From the human T2T-CHM13v2.0 reference genome, Homo sapiens, in the NCBI RefSeq assembly GCF_009914755.1, contig NC_060926.1: DNA of 64,000 bases; one strand, given 5' to 3'. Positions 1-14,392 of this stretch are shown one piece after another. A program made the translations under genes and the position numbers. The notes below the pieces were generated by a model. That model saw only the letters and a list, made by a program, of their open reading frames with translations. It was not told the DNA's origin and did not search any database. Each line of letters starts with the position of its first letter. The stretch's first letter is position 1.

Positions 1-1144
1 ACAAGTACTCGTGGACAGCATGCAGAGGGAGATGGAGAGAAATAACTCACGAGAGTGTACGACTGGCCCAGAAACAATGGGCGTCCACTGCATGCAAAAT
101 ACGTGGAAGCCCTCATGGTTGGGTGACTGGGTCTCTGCCCACAAGGCCATAGGAGAGCTAAGGGTTAAGCACCAGCCAGAGCAAGGAGGCTGCCTGTGGC
201 TCCACCTCCTTCCGCCACCCGAGCCCGCCAGCCCCAGGCCCAGCTGGGATAGCAGCTTCTCCCTACTCTGGCAGACACAGACCAGAGCTGGAGGGAGGGT
301 GTGGGGGCCCATGAGCACAGAGCCAGGAGATCTGGGCACCCCTGACACCTGGCCAGCCGTAAGAGGCCAGGCCCACCCACTGTCCCAGGCTGGGGTTGGT
401 CTTCAGCCTCCCAGTGGGTCACAGCAGTGTGGCATGGGAGTGGGCCTCCAGCTAGGGTGTTCTGACCATCTCCGTGTGCTGCTCCTGACAGAGGGCGGGT
501 TCATGCCTAGCACCTCCGGCTGCTGTGAGCTGATGCCTGTAAGAGGCGTTCAGGCCCCACCTGCAGTGCTCAGTTGGGTAAAATGCTGAGGAAACCGAAT
601 CACAGCTAGACTAGGGGAGTGAAATCATCGTGTCCCTTTCCTCTGTGCACTCACAGAAACACGCACCCCACGCAGAAAATACAATGTTCCTCCTAGAGCT
701 GCAGAATGAACAGGCTGTGCTGGGTAAAAGAAAACACCCCAGTTGGATGCCAACTTTCCTTAGCAGGAGAAGGAATGTGGCCTGGAGCCACCGCTGGTGA
801 TGACAAATTTGCTTCCAGAGCCCTCAGACAAAGCCCTTCCAGCGTGGGGCCCAGCATGAGTCCTCAGAAGCTGGGGAGGCACCTCCTCTGCGGCACGGGG
901 AAGGCGCTCCCCAAGGAGGCATAGCGGGGCCGGGGTGGCTTCTTAAGGCAGACCTGCACCTGGGGCCCATGATTATATTTAGGTATATGTATCTCCATCC
1001 CAGCCCTTGGAGAGAGCCGCCGGAGCGATTTGGGGGTCCATCTGAGCGTGCAGTGGGTAGCACAGCGGCCGGGAACTAGGGAAGAGACTGTCGTATCAGA
1101 TGAAATTGAGCGACAGTGCGGTCAGCACGGGTAGGGCTTTTTCT

Positions 1145-1520
1145 CCCAGCTCAACTGAGGTGTAATTCATCAATAAAAGTGTGTCATTTAAGATGTATGA
1201 TGTGATTATTTGATCCACACATACACTGGGAAATAATGACCACAATCAAGACAATGAACATGTCCACCGCCTCACAGGCACCTTTTTTTTTTTGTGTTGA
1301 GAACATGTAAGATCTGTCCTCTTAGTCCATTTCAAGTAAACAGTAAATTGTCATTAGCTGGAGTCACCATGCTATACCTTACATCCCCAGAACTTACTCA
1401 TCCTATGACTGCAAGTTTGTAGCTCTGACAAACATCTCCCCATGTCCCCCACCCCAGCCCCTAGAAACCACCGTTCTACTCTCTGCTACTATGAGATTGA
1501 TTTTTAAGATTCTGCATGGA
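1145..1520 (-). mobile_element. Old L1 (L1MA/L1MB-type) 3' UTR fragment, antisense
   Basis: Matches recalled reverse-complement L1M 3' end (…aagatctgtcctcttagtccatttcaagta…gtcaccatgctatac…ccccagaactta…cccagcccctagaaaccaccgttctactctctgct…). Confidence 0.75.
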
Positions 1521-1544
1521 ACTTGTACTTTAAATTCATTGTCT

Positions 1545-1682
1545 GTTTTAGCCCTCACAACAGCCCTATAAGGTAGGTATTGCTATTATTCCTATTTCAC
1601 AGGTGAGGCAGCTGAAGCTCAGAGAGGTTAAGCAATTTACTCCAGATCATACAGCAAATATATGTCAGAGCTGGACTTTGAT
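1545..1682 (-). mobile_element. MIR SINE
   Basis: cctcacaacagccctataaggtaggtatt…tttcacaggtgaggcagctgaagctcagagaggttaagcaatt is the reverse-complement MIR core. Confidence 0.8.
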
Positions 1683-1684
1683 TT

Positions 1685-1717
1685 ATGATATGATATGATA
1701 TGATATGGTATCATATG
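1685..1717. repeat. (ATGAT)n microsatellite
   Basis: atgatatgatatgatatgatatggtatcatatg. Confidence 0.8.
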
Positions 1718-2320
1718 AAGAGTCCAAGCTCTTAAGATCACCAAGTGAAGTGAAACGACAATTAACAAATGGAGAGAAATGAAATGCCTGACTCTTGAGG
1801 GCCTCACACTGGACCAGGTAAAACAGACTCTTGCTTGTAAAAGAACTGACTTTCAATTCAGCGGCAGTTTCCTTCCCCAGAATGGGTTATTAAAGGCCTG
1901 TGGCTCTCAGAGTTGAAACATGAGGCCTGATGCACAAGGTGAAGTCCAGGATAAATGTGAGCTTCCCAACACCCACTGGCCGAGAAGACAGCTGTTCTCC
2001 TGAACAACTGTTCTCTGCAACTGGAAATGCTGCCCTGAGAAGCCACAGTTTCTTAGGTGTGTGGCCATTGCCCTGAACCCAGGGCTTTTGCTACCTGGGG
2101 CTGAGCCCTGGGTTCTGGCAGCCATGGGTTAAATCAACAAGGGGGAGTGGTGGGGAAACTAGAGCATACAGAGGAAGGGTTCCGGGGAGTGTGCATGAGG
2201 AGGGCCAGGAGAGAGGCCAGCTGTTGCTAGGGCAGACACACCCGCACTGCCCCCAAACCCCAGTAGGGCAGCCCCCGGGTAGGCTGACCCGTGGACATGG
2301 GTTACCTGCTAACAGGTGAC

Positions 2321-2740
2321 TGTTAGCCAAGCGGGGTTACCATCAAGCGCAAGGCTGGTGTCTTCGCCCTCCTTGAGCTGGGGCCTCAAGTCAGCAGGGA
2401 AGAATGTTAGCCAAGCGGGGTTACCATCAAGCGCAAGGCTGGTGTCTTCGCCCTCCTTGAGCTGGGGCCTCAAGTCAGCAGGGAAGAATGTTAGCCAAGC
2501 GGGGTTACCATCAAGCGCAAGGCTGGTGTCTTCGCCCTCCTTGAGCTGGGGCCTCAAGTCAGCAGGGAAGAATGTTAGCCAAGCGGGGTTACCATCAAGC
2601 GCAAGGCTGGTGTCTTCGCCCTCCTTGAGCTGGGGCCTCAAGTCAGCAGGGAAGAATGTTAGCCAAGCGGGGTTACCATCAAGCGCAAGGCTGGTGTCTT
2701 CGCCCTCCTTGAGCTGGGGCCTCAAGTCAGCAGGGAAGAA
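2321..2740. repeat. Minisatellite/VNTR: 5 identical copies of an 84-bp unit
   Basis: Unit tgttagccaagcggggttacc…tcagcagggaagaa starts at 2321, 2405, 2489, 2573 and 2657 and ends at 2740; the ORF track shows the matching 28-aa repeat on both strands. Confidence 0.97.
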
Positions 2741-4974
2741 GGGAGAGAGGGAGAGCAGTGGGAAGGAATTCCCCTGCTATTGTTGGAAAACTAAATGTCC
2801 TAGATCACTGTTGAGATTATTTGTTAACTAAGAGTTAACAGATGCCAAGAGAAGGTCTATAAGCGGGGGCCAGGCACCCTGGTCCCAGCACACTCAGTTG
2901 GCATCTGAGGTCCCAGTGTAATAACTTGCACCTTCCACAGTGTCCTGGGTTCAGGTGATGAGGCGTGTGCACCCCTGCCTGTGAGTGTGTGCGCACTCTA
3001 ATGCAGCCCACCCATCTGAGCAGGGCCCCGCCCTTGGCAAGCCCTGGCTTCCAGTGGTGGCTCAGACTCCAACTGGAGGAAAGCCATCTACACCGAGGGG
3101 TCTCAGCCACAGCCATGGGTGCCCTCGGCCTGCATGCCCTGCTGGTCTGTCAGCGTCCAGGCCCCAGTGGGATGCCAGCTGACACTGTAGGACCCTGACC
3201 TACCTGGGCTGTGTTGCTCTGAGGAGCAGCCTCCGCTCCACCCCAGGGCAGCTTTCTTCTTCCTCCGGCACCTTCAGGCCTCAGCTCAGGGTGGGCCTGG
3301 CCCACCTGCCTATCCAAGGAGATGAAGATGTGTCCTCCCGGCTGGACGGTGTTCTTGGGTGTCTGCCCCGTGAGGCACTGCTGGACCTGTGGGGCAGGCA
3401 CGCGGAGTTTGGGGGTGGGATTGAGGAAGGGATTTACTCTCAGGGGCAGGGAGAGGCTAGGAAGGGATGGCCAATCTGGCTCCTGTGGACAGTTGGTACC
3501 CTTGGAATCTGTCTGCTGGGGAGGGTGTGGAATCCCTGGAGGCTGCAGCTGCCAATGAGGATGAGAGTAGCAGGTGGCTGTGGGGCAGCCCTGAAAGCCA
3601 CCAGCCAACACTTGGGCAGGATTTGCTGACAGACAGCCTGGGGCAGGCTTTGGGTGGACAGACCACTAGGGCTGCCCTCCCCTGGAAGACACTGGGGTCT
3701 GGCTGCGAGGGAGCAGAGAAAACCCCCTTGGTGGCCCCTCTGGCTCTGAGCTTCCTGTGCAGGGGCCAGAATTCCTCCTGCTGGGTCATGGAGTTGTCAC
3801 CACATTTCCAGGTGACATCTGTGTGGGGAGCTAGGCCGGCCTCTCCTTAGCTCTGTCTTCCTTTGCCAGGTCTGTGCCGCCTGCCTCTCACTGTGATGCT
3901 CCCAGTGCCTGAGCTGGTGTCACTCCCCTTGGTCTCTAGCACCACATTATGAGCCTTTGGGGTCACCCTGGGCCCGGGGAAGTCCTGGCTCTGCCATTTC
4001 CTGGATTTGCGGACTTAATACACCTGGGACGGTACATCTGGGGAGGATGGCCAAGAGAGCAGCCAGCGCTGTCAGGCCCGGAGTCCCTGCTTCACGTTTG
4101 CTCACTCACAACGCCCATTCAATCCCCCCGTTCCCCAAGGGACCTTCTGAGACCATGTGGGAGGCCTGTGGTCCCAGATCCCAGGTGAGGGGGACTTACA
4201 GTCACAACCACAGGCTGGCCCTGGCCCTGCAGTCCCCGCCTGCCCAGCATGTTCCTGTAGTCGGGCGGGGACATGCCCTGGGCCTTTCCTCCAACCACTC
4301 AGTCCCAGCTGCACTCCCCCATGGCCACACACAGCCACACTGGGCCTCACTGACCTGGCTGACCCCCAAGAGATCCCCATGACTGCCCCCTCTTGGATTC
4401 AGCAAACACCTCTCTTCATGCAGTTTGAATCCTGACACTTTGGAGCGGGTAATTTCTGAGCCTCTGTGGCCTCATCTGTGAAATGGGCCACTGAAGCAGG
4501 TGAAGTGCTACTCCGTCCCTGGCCTACAGTGGGAACCCACGCATCTGGGCCCCTGGAGAGCAGCCGTCACAGGGTCAGCCAGCGCCTAGCTGTCCCAGCT
4601 CAGTGCACTCTGCGGCCAGCACCCCACGCTGCCCAAAGGGCCTGCACACACACATAGAACAGGACATCCCAGGCAGCTACAGCCCATCCACCAGGACTGT
4701 TTCTTCAGTGAAAACCAAAGGTTCTTGTGAACTCACACACATCTGCTAAACTGCTTCCTATTTTGAAAATTGTGATGTTTCATGTGGAAGATAATTGATT
4801 CACAATGACGTAAACACACACTGTGGGGAAACCCCTGAATCTCTTTTGTTTCCTGCTGCCTGTGGGAGATGAGTCACCAAGAGGCAAAGGCTCTCAAGTG
4901 CCCCTCGTGGGATGGGTCTCATTCAGTCTTTTTGTTTTGCTTGAGCTCTGAGGTTTTGTATGTAAGCAGGAGTG

Positions 4975-4976
<2 letters not shown>

Positions 4977-5014
<38 letters not shown>
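4977..5014. repeat. (CA)n microsatellite, about 19 units
   Basis: Direct read. Confidence 0.95.
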
Positions 5015-5017
<3 letters not shown>

Positions 5018-6906
5018 CATGCACTGTGCCCTCTGTAAAGGCGTCTCACACAGGCACACAATCGCAGTGGCCAGGAGCCAGGCACCGCGGGTCTGCGAAC
5101 TGATTTCTCCCTGCATATCCCATTGTTCAGAGCTTCCTTGGCCTGGGTCCCAAGCACAGGGACCCAGTGTCCATCCCACAGGCTGGCATAGGTCACAGGA
5201 TGAAGCTTCTCCGGGTGCAATGTTCAGGGGTCACCTTGTGGTGGGTGGGCCATGCTGCAGGGCTGCCTGCCCATCCCCTGCCCAGGTTTTGCACCAAAGC
5301 ACTGAGCTCTGGCTCAGCCTGCAGCCTATCCTACAAGGGAGATGGGGCTGGGACCCCCATCCCACAAAGGCTGGCCCAGCACAAGCCTTTCGCTGGGGTC
5401 TGAGAGAAATCCTGGAGGTTTCTGAGGGGTCCTCACCTCCTCCCCACAGGCAGGCTCCTCAGCCCCTTTTTCAGAAAGCGGGTATGTGTGGGCACCAGGC
5501 CTAGCATGCAGGACACTGCCCCGCTGCAGTGTCCCCCTCAAAAGACGCCCTCCCTCATGCTGTCTGCCCATCAAAGGAGCCCTCGCCCACCCCGAGTGGC
5601 CTCACCTTGAAACACAGACAGGTGGGGCCAGGGTCAGGCAGGGCCACCCCCCGAGAACCAATGCCCCCCTTCAGAGCCAGGCCTGCCCCTGAGATGGGAC
5701 ACAGAATTCACAGAATCCACAGCCTGGGCAGGCCCACAGTGCAGGGTGAGTCTGCAGCTCAGAGAACTGGGCTTCTGGCTCTGAATCACTCTTCCTTCGA
5801 CTACACCTGGCCGTCTCCTGCCTCTCACCCAGGAGGGAGAAGGTCCTGCCGTGGGAACAAGGCTGCAGGCCTGCAAACCTGTTCCACCCCAATGGGGTGC
5901 TTCTCTCAGGCCCCAGAGCCCCCAGTCAGTCCCCTATTCAGAGCGTGCAGCCCCTGGCCTAGGCCTGGGGTAAAAGCCATTTGTTGCCTAGTGAGGGTGC
6001 AAGGCGGGCATCCCTGCCATGTTTTATGGTCCTTTCTTTCCTGCTGCCCACTCCTGCCTCCACCCCTTTCTCCCCTGGGAACACACTCCCCCCATCTGCT
6101 GCACACAAAAGCCCATTCTGGCCTCTTGCTTTGAGACCAGCGTCACCCTGGAGACTGGCGCCTTCCGGCCCAGCCATCCTCTCCCCGCCCCAGCCTGGCC
6201 CTGGCTCCCAGGCTGGCCTGCTGCCCCCGTGTCCCCCTTTAGGTTCCTCTCCCGTGAGCCGGGAGTCTGAGGTGCTCTCGGTCTCTCCTCGGGGGCCCTG
6301 CCCCACGGGTCAGGCTCCACTTCTGTTGCTGCCGCACCCTGGAAGCCCCCAGGACCGCTCCACACTCGCCATCACCCTGGCTTTGTGTCACAACCTGCGT
6401 GGCGCAGGTGCAGGATGCACCAGCGTGGATGACATGTCACTCTCCCTGGAGGAACCCGCTTGGCAGGGGTAGCTGATAACTTAGGGCCAGCGCAGACACA
6501 GAACTGTGCGAAATGACGCTGATGTCGCAGTGATGCGAGCCGCATGTTCCTCGCCTCACCTGCTCACGTTCTGAGCCTCACTGCAGCGACAGGAGGCAGG
6601 AAGCACCCCCAACCCCCGGTTTTAATAAATCCTCCTGCCATTATCACGCCCATCGGAGGGCTGCTGGGCGAGGCCAAGGATTCTGGATGGGAAGAAGATG
6701 GTGGAGCAGGTCCCTGGGAGAAGCCCAGGGCCAGTCATGAGCTGGGACGATCCCGCATGGTCAGCAGCAGGTCCCACTTCCTCGTACTGGTGCCACTTAT
6801 CATTAAAGCAATAATGAGTGAATGCAGACACACAAAGGTGTGTGCAGGGAAGAGCCTCTCCCCAGAGGTGGCCACTGGCAGCAAGTTGGGTGTCAAAGCT
6901 GACTGT

Positions 6907-6957
6907 CTTCCGTGATCAGACGAGATCGGTCGTGTTCAGGGTGGTATGGTCGTAGAC
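6907..6957 (-). pseudogene. 3'-truncated 5S rRNA retrocopy (about nt 1-51) with target-site duplication
   Basis: Minus strand reads GTCTACGACCATACCACCCTGAACACGACCGATCTCGTCTGATCACGGAAG versus human 5S GTCTACGGCCATACCACCCTGAACGCGCCCGATCTCGTCTGATCTCGGAAG (4 mismatches); flanked by aaagctgactg at 6895-6905 and 6958-6968. Confidence 0.9.
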
Positions 6958-9309
6958 AAAGCTGACTGCCATTAACTCTTTCATCAACACTCACTCCGGC
7001 CAGGCCGTGAGGAGGGGCTGAATTGGGCCACTGCAGCTCCTGCCGCAGCCCCCACACACGTTCACCTGGTTGGGCTTACAGCAGCCCAGAAGGCAGGTAC
7101 ATGGCTGCCCTGTTTTACAGGTGAGTAAACAGAGGCACAGAAGGGTCAGTCACTTTCCTTGAGCCCCACAGCCAGCTCTGGCCAGGCCTCAGAGCCCACA
7201 TCCCTTAGTGCCCCTGTGGCCAGCTCCTTTCTGCACCCAAGGGACCCCACACCTGAGGGACCCCACCCAGCCGGGGAGTCCTGCTGTCACTGACTCCTCC
7301 TCATGTGCAGACCTTGACTCAAAGGCTAGCTCCCAGGAACACATCCTCACCTGTCCACCCTTGGCTGTGGTCCTCTCTCCTTGCTAAAAGTCACCTTTGA
7401 CCCAGACATCCCGCAGCAGCCCCTGCTCCAGGAGCTGGGGCAGAAAGCAGGGTATTCCCAGCCTGACTGATCAGTAGGAGGGGCAGGGAAGGCTGAGGGA
7501 AAGGGTCCTGCACACCAGACTACTGCAGACCCCATCTCCCACCCGCCGCAGGCAGCCCCCAAAGAGGCACATCTCCCTCAGCTGAGCCCCCAGGGTCCTT
7601 CCTGCAGCCCTGGCACGCCCACAACCCTTCCCTACCAGGCCTGTGCTTGTCCTTCGTGGCTCCTCCTCCACTGTCCTGACCCCCGATGACTTCTCTGGGT
7701 AGGGGATAAGGGTGGAGGCAAAGATGTGGGGGCTCCCTGAGATGCCCCCGCTCTGCTCCTCGCTGGGGGCTTCCCACAGCAAAGACAGAAAAGAAGGTCC
7801 CCATTGTTCCCAAATAAAGACTCTGCTGGTTCTTTCTTTTTCCTCCTTTCTTCTTTTGCATTCCTTTTTTTCTTTCCCTTTGAACAGTCTGCGGTGTTGG
7901 CCAGAGACTTCGGATGCTTTTCTTTTCCCTGCCCCGAGCATGGTTCGTGAGTCATGACCTCAGGGAGCTGCATAGAGGCTGGTTTGAGGTTTTTTCAGGC
8001 TTGGGGAGAGGTGGGAGAGGAATGTGTATTAATGCGCCGAGCTGGTTGTGCTGGTGCTGAGCCCTCTACTTCTCTGGGTTCAAGATGCCCAACTTCACCC
8101 TCCTTGCAGCCAGCCCTGCCCAAGGGAGCTAGAGCATGGCCTCCTCTGGACATGGCTTCCCAGCCCTTTGGGAAGTGCGGTCGTCCCTGCTGCAGGGCCC
8201 CAGTGACCGTGTCTGTGTGGGTGTGGCACGGTTGGTGCTCTCCTGCCCAAAACCCCTGAGCCTGCAATTCTACCCAGAGCCACATTCCCGGGGGGCAGGC
8301 ACTGCTCCTGTGCTCTCAAATGTGACCTCCTGCCCAGAAGGAAGACACACCAAGTTCCTCAGCAGAAGCAAGTTTGACCGAAGGTGGGTGTGTGAAGGCC
8401 TCAGAGGCAGAGCTTCCAGCTGCCCATCACCAGGATGCCTTGGAGGCTCGGAGCTGGATTGGCTCAGGATGCACAGAGCCATCACTTCCTAGAAATCTGG
8501 AAATGCCAAGTGTGCAGGCCAGGCAGTTGGGGAAGGGGGTATGTCCTGCACGTGTGTGCACACTGTGTGCATCTGTGTCACTTCGAGCATCTGTGGGGGC
8601 AGGCCACCTCCTCTAGAAAGGCCTCTGGGCCCCTGCAGGGTGTTTGCCTCCCGTTTGACCGGGAGCCCTCTGAGGGAACAGCAGATGTGGCTCCTGTTTA
8701 TTCAGGGGTTGGCTTGAATATTTGTCCGCCAAAGGGCCTGATTCAGAACATGTCTGATAATGGAGTGGGAGGCCTCCATTGTGCCAGGGGAGGTGCCCAG
8801 GCCCAGGGAGCTCAGCCTGTCATTTGGGTGTGTTTTCAGACAATGACGCCCACCTGGGGGTCAGGTGATGGATGATTCAGAGTCCAGAGTGCTAGCCATT
8901 GCACCATGGGACCCCTTCTGGTCAGGTGATGATTGAGGCAGCGGGGGCTGGGATCTGTGCAGGGCTGATGGGGCAGTGTGGGAGTTGGCTGCTGCTGCTG
9001 CAGGCCTCTGTGCCTCGGTGGGTCAGGTTGAGGGGCTTGTTCAGCTGTCTGCATCCAAAAGACACGTTCCTAGGCAGCACTTGTAAGACACTTTCAAAGA
9101 GCACTTGCAAGATGGATTCAAGTGTTTCTCTGATGCAGCTCCTTCCACCTCCTGGCACCAGCCTTCCCCGTGCCCATGGTGGCACCTGTTCCTCTTAAAC
9201 CTGGTTTCTGAGGACTTGTGAGCTCTGAGGCCTCCTCTGTGGCAGGTGGGGCCTCATTTCAGATGGCCTTGCTTATTGCAGGAGCGAGAGTGCGGCTCCT
9301 GGTGCTCCC

Positions 9310-9514
9310 TGACGTCAGCGTCCACCTGCCCTGCAGCCTCGGGCCAGGGACAGACGCGGGGCCTGCACATCCATGACTCAGGCCTATCCCACACCCAGGA
9401 AGCCCAGCCCTTTGAGAGGCAGCTGAGTCAGTGCAGGGTGGGGTGCAGGGCTCTTGTGGACCAAAACAGAGGGTCCCTCCTCAGGGCAGGCAAAGCCCCA
9501 TCTGGGGGCGGGGC
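9310..9514. promoter_or_regulatory. Candidate enhancer: CRE, two AP-1 sites and a GC box
   Basis: TGACGTCA 9310-9317, TGACTCA 9374-9380, TGAGTCA 9424-9430, GGGGGCGGGGC 9504-9514; motif evidence only. Confidence 0.35.
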
Positions 9515-10038
9515 CTAGAGCTGAGCCTGGAGGCTGAGCAGGGGCTTGCTTTGACACAGCGGAGCAGGGGTGGGAGGGGGCAAACAACATTCCAGGAGCA
9601 GAGAACAGTGAGGTCAGTGTGGCATCCCACAGCAGTGAGTACCGTCAGAGGGGCAAGAATCGGGGCCATGTGCATGGGGCATGTCAGTCCGGAGGGGACC
9701 CCAAGGCTCCTAAGGCCTAGCTCACATCAAATCCTCCTGTGTGCTCTGCCTGGACACAGGGCGAGGCTCACAGGCCTTCCACACAGCCACCGGGCCCCCA
9801 GCCCCACACACTTCCTGATCCCTATCCCCAATCTGCCCAGCAGACTGCAAGCTCCATGAGGGCAGAGTGCCTGCTCTCGTGCCCTCTGAGTCCCCTGGGA
9901 CTGGACACAGCATAGGCACCCCAAACTTCACATGTCCAAAACCGAGTTCTTGTCCCCATGCCACCCAAGAGCACCTTCCCCAGGGTTCCTTCCATCTACC
10001 TGCACTACCACCCCTCTACTGAATCAGAAAAAAAACCA

Positions 10039-10376
<338 letters not shown>

Positions 10377-10503
10377 CTACACCCAATCCACCAGCATTTC
10401 CTGTTAAAGGGACCTCTTCCAAAATGCACCTCAGTCCTGCGGCCACTCTACCACCGCCCTCTCTCCTGGGGCCTCCCGACAGGTCTCAAAAGTTCTGCTT
10501 CCT

Positions 10504-10826
<323 letters not shown>

Positions 10827-13239
10827 TTAGGGTCCTTCACATTCCTCCCCTGCTTCCAGGGCCCTCTTGCTGTGCCCCACCCTAGCTTCTACTCCATCTC
10901 CCCCATCTTCATCTGTGCTCCCTAAAGTGTAGCCATGTATGTGAGTTTTCTGCCTCTCTAAATGTGCTGTGGCCCCAGGGCCTTTGCACTTACCCCCTAC
11001 AAGGACCCTCTTTCCCTGAACCTCCCCATGCCTCTCAGCCTCCAGGGTTCAGTGGGGACTTCCGTGGCCACTCAGGTCATTCTTCCCTCTCTCGACCCTG
11101 AATGTTTTACCTTAATAGCACTTAACTTATCTTGTAATTTTCTGTTTGTTGATTTATTTCCAAGAGTCCTCTGAGGGCAGGCAAAGCAGACTGTTCTCAA
11201 CGACTGAAACATTTTTCAAATGAATGCTGTATTGAGTTGATTGGAAATAACTATACACTGTAGATGAATCAATGAAAGCAGCCCTTGAGGCCATGCAGCC
11301 TGGTGAGGCCCCCTCAACAGGTGCCCACAGGGAGTCCTGCCTGCCTGTCCCACCTTCCCTTCCTAAACGAGAGGGCTCACATCTGTTTTCTCGGCTGCAC
11401 GCTGGCCACACTCATGCCCCTCACAGTCACCATGGGAGGGGAGAATCATTATCCCAAAAGTGCTGATAAACATACCTGGCCATCTCATTGAGGTCACGTA
11501 TGAGTGGGCTTCACGACCATGACACTGAAAGCCAAGGGTGAAGACAACAGCTCTGAGAGCTGGCACTATCATCAGCCCCCTTCACAAATGAGAACACTGA
11601 GGCTAGGCGGGTCAGGTGACTTGCTCCAGCATTAGGCAGCAGAGCCAGGCTCCGGGGCTCTGGGACCTTCCACCTTCTCCCAGCCTGGAGCCTCCACAGT
11701 CCTTACAGAGGGCAACCTCAGTCCTGTCCACGTTCAGACGTGGGGAGCAGGGGCACAATGAGGCAGGGGTCCTTGCCCTTGCCGCAGCACGGGCCCTGGG
11801 GGTGGTCCTGGTCATAGGAGGACCCTCCTGCCTCTTCCCCTGCCTCCCCTGTGTTCAGGTTGAGTGATGTAGGACAGGCTTCTCAGACCAGGCAGAAGTA
11901 GGTCAGCTAGTGTGCTGGGGGGGCCCCTTCCAGGTCACCCTGCCAGGAATACACTCCAGTCAGGGAATGAGGGCAGTGCATGGGCTCTGGGCTTGAATCC
12001 TGCCTCTGTCTTCACCCTGTCTGTGACTTGGGGAAGAAGCAGGGGGTACTTGAATCTCAGTGGCACCAATAGCTTCTGAGGCCAGCTCTGCCAATCCCTG
12101 GGCTGCCCTGCCCTTCTCTGGCTCTCACTCCTTGTGCCCCCAAGCCCCTTCCAGTCAATGTGTCCCCAGCAGCTCCAGGCCCCAGAGGTGTGATTGAGGG
12201 TGAGAGGTAACAGGTATACAGCAGAGCTCCCTAAAGGCATCCACACGGGATCCCCATTAGACGTTCCTCGCTCTGCTGCCTCCAGGGTGGAGCCTGGCCA
12301 CGGTCCTGCGGGCGAGGGTGGGGCGGGGGGGTCAGTGAACATCCCCTCCCCACACCCCAGGTCTGCATAAGAGCCCTCCTCCCCCACCTCCTCCCTTCTC
12401 CTCCTCAAATCCTGGCTCCTTTCAATGCCCCTCTGTGCAGCATCTCAGAGACCTTGGGCCTCTGGCTCACCTCACACTGCTTGGCCATCCCAGGTCCTGA
12501 CCGCACCCCACATTCTTGGCTCCCCTGTCCTTGACCCAACTGTGCCAGTCCTCCTAGAGGCCTGGCCCCTCCTGCTTCACCCCTGGGGCCAACACACAAG
12601 GTGCTTTACCCCTTTGAACCCCAATTTCCTCAGGTGGTGAGAGAAATACAGGTAACTCTGCTCACCTCCGGCTCCCTGTCTGTTCCGTGTGAGTTTCCGT
12701 GTGCTGCCAAAAAATGCCTGTGTGCTGCCAGTTGTTGTTTTTAATGGCTCTCCAGGTCTCCCACGGCCCTAGACAGCCTGGATGCTGGGCCACGCAGGAA
12801 GTAAGATGGAAAGATGGAAAGAGGGGCAGCAGATGGTAACAGCATGGTGCCCGCACCTCGTCTGGAGTGGGCTACTCTGATCCTCTGGTCCTTTTGGGGA
12901 CAGCTGGCAGGCAGTGGGGCAAGGGGCACAAACAGTTCTCCTGGAACCGCAGAGCCATAGGCTCTGCTTGCAGCAAGTCCAACTCTCCTGGGGGCTCTGC
13001 TGAGACCTTCACGGGCCTGTGGCCCCTGCCTGGCTCCACCTCTTCGGCAGCTCTTCTGTCTATCCTGGCAGGGGAGCCTTCCTTATGTCAAGGCACAAGG
13101 TGCCCCTGCCCTGGCTCTGGCGGCTCTTAAAGGAAGCCCATGCCTCTCCCACACGCCATCATTTCAGGATCACCAGTCAGTCTGCAAGTGTGGTGGATGC
13201 ATTTCCGATTGTCCCAAGTCCCCATGAAAATGTAACTCA

Positions 13240-14392
<1,153 letters not shown>

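Noticed and set aside
2309-2831. Repetitive 138/171-aa ORFs, or a CRISPR-like array
   Set aside because: The ORFs only reflect the 84-bp unit being a multiple of three; units are contiguous with no spacers, and the DNA is primate with no cas genes
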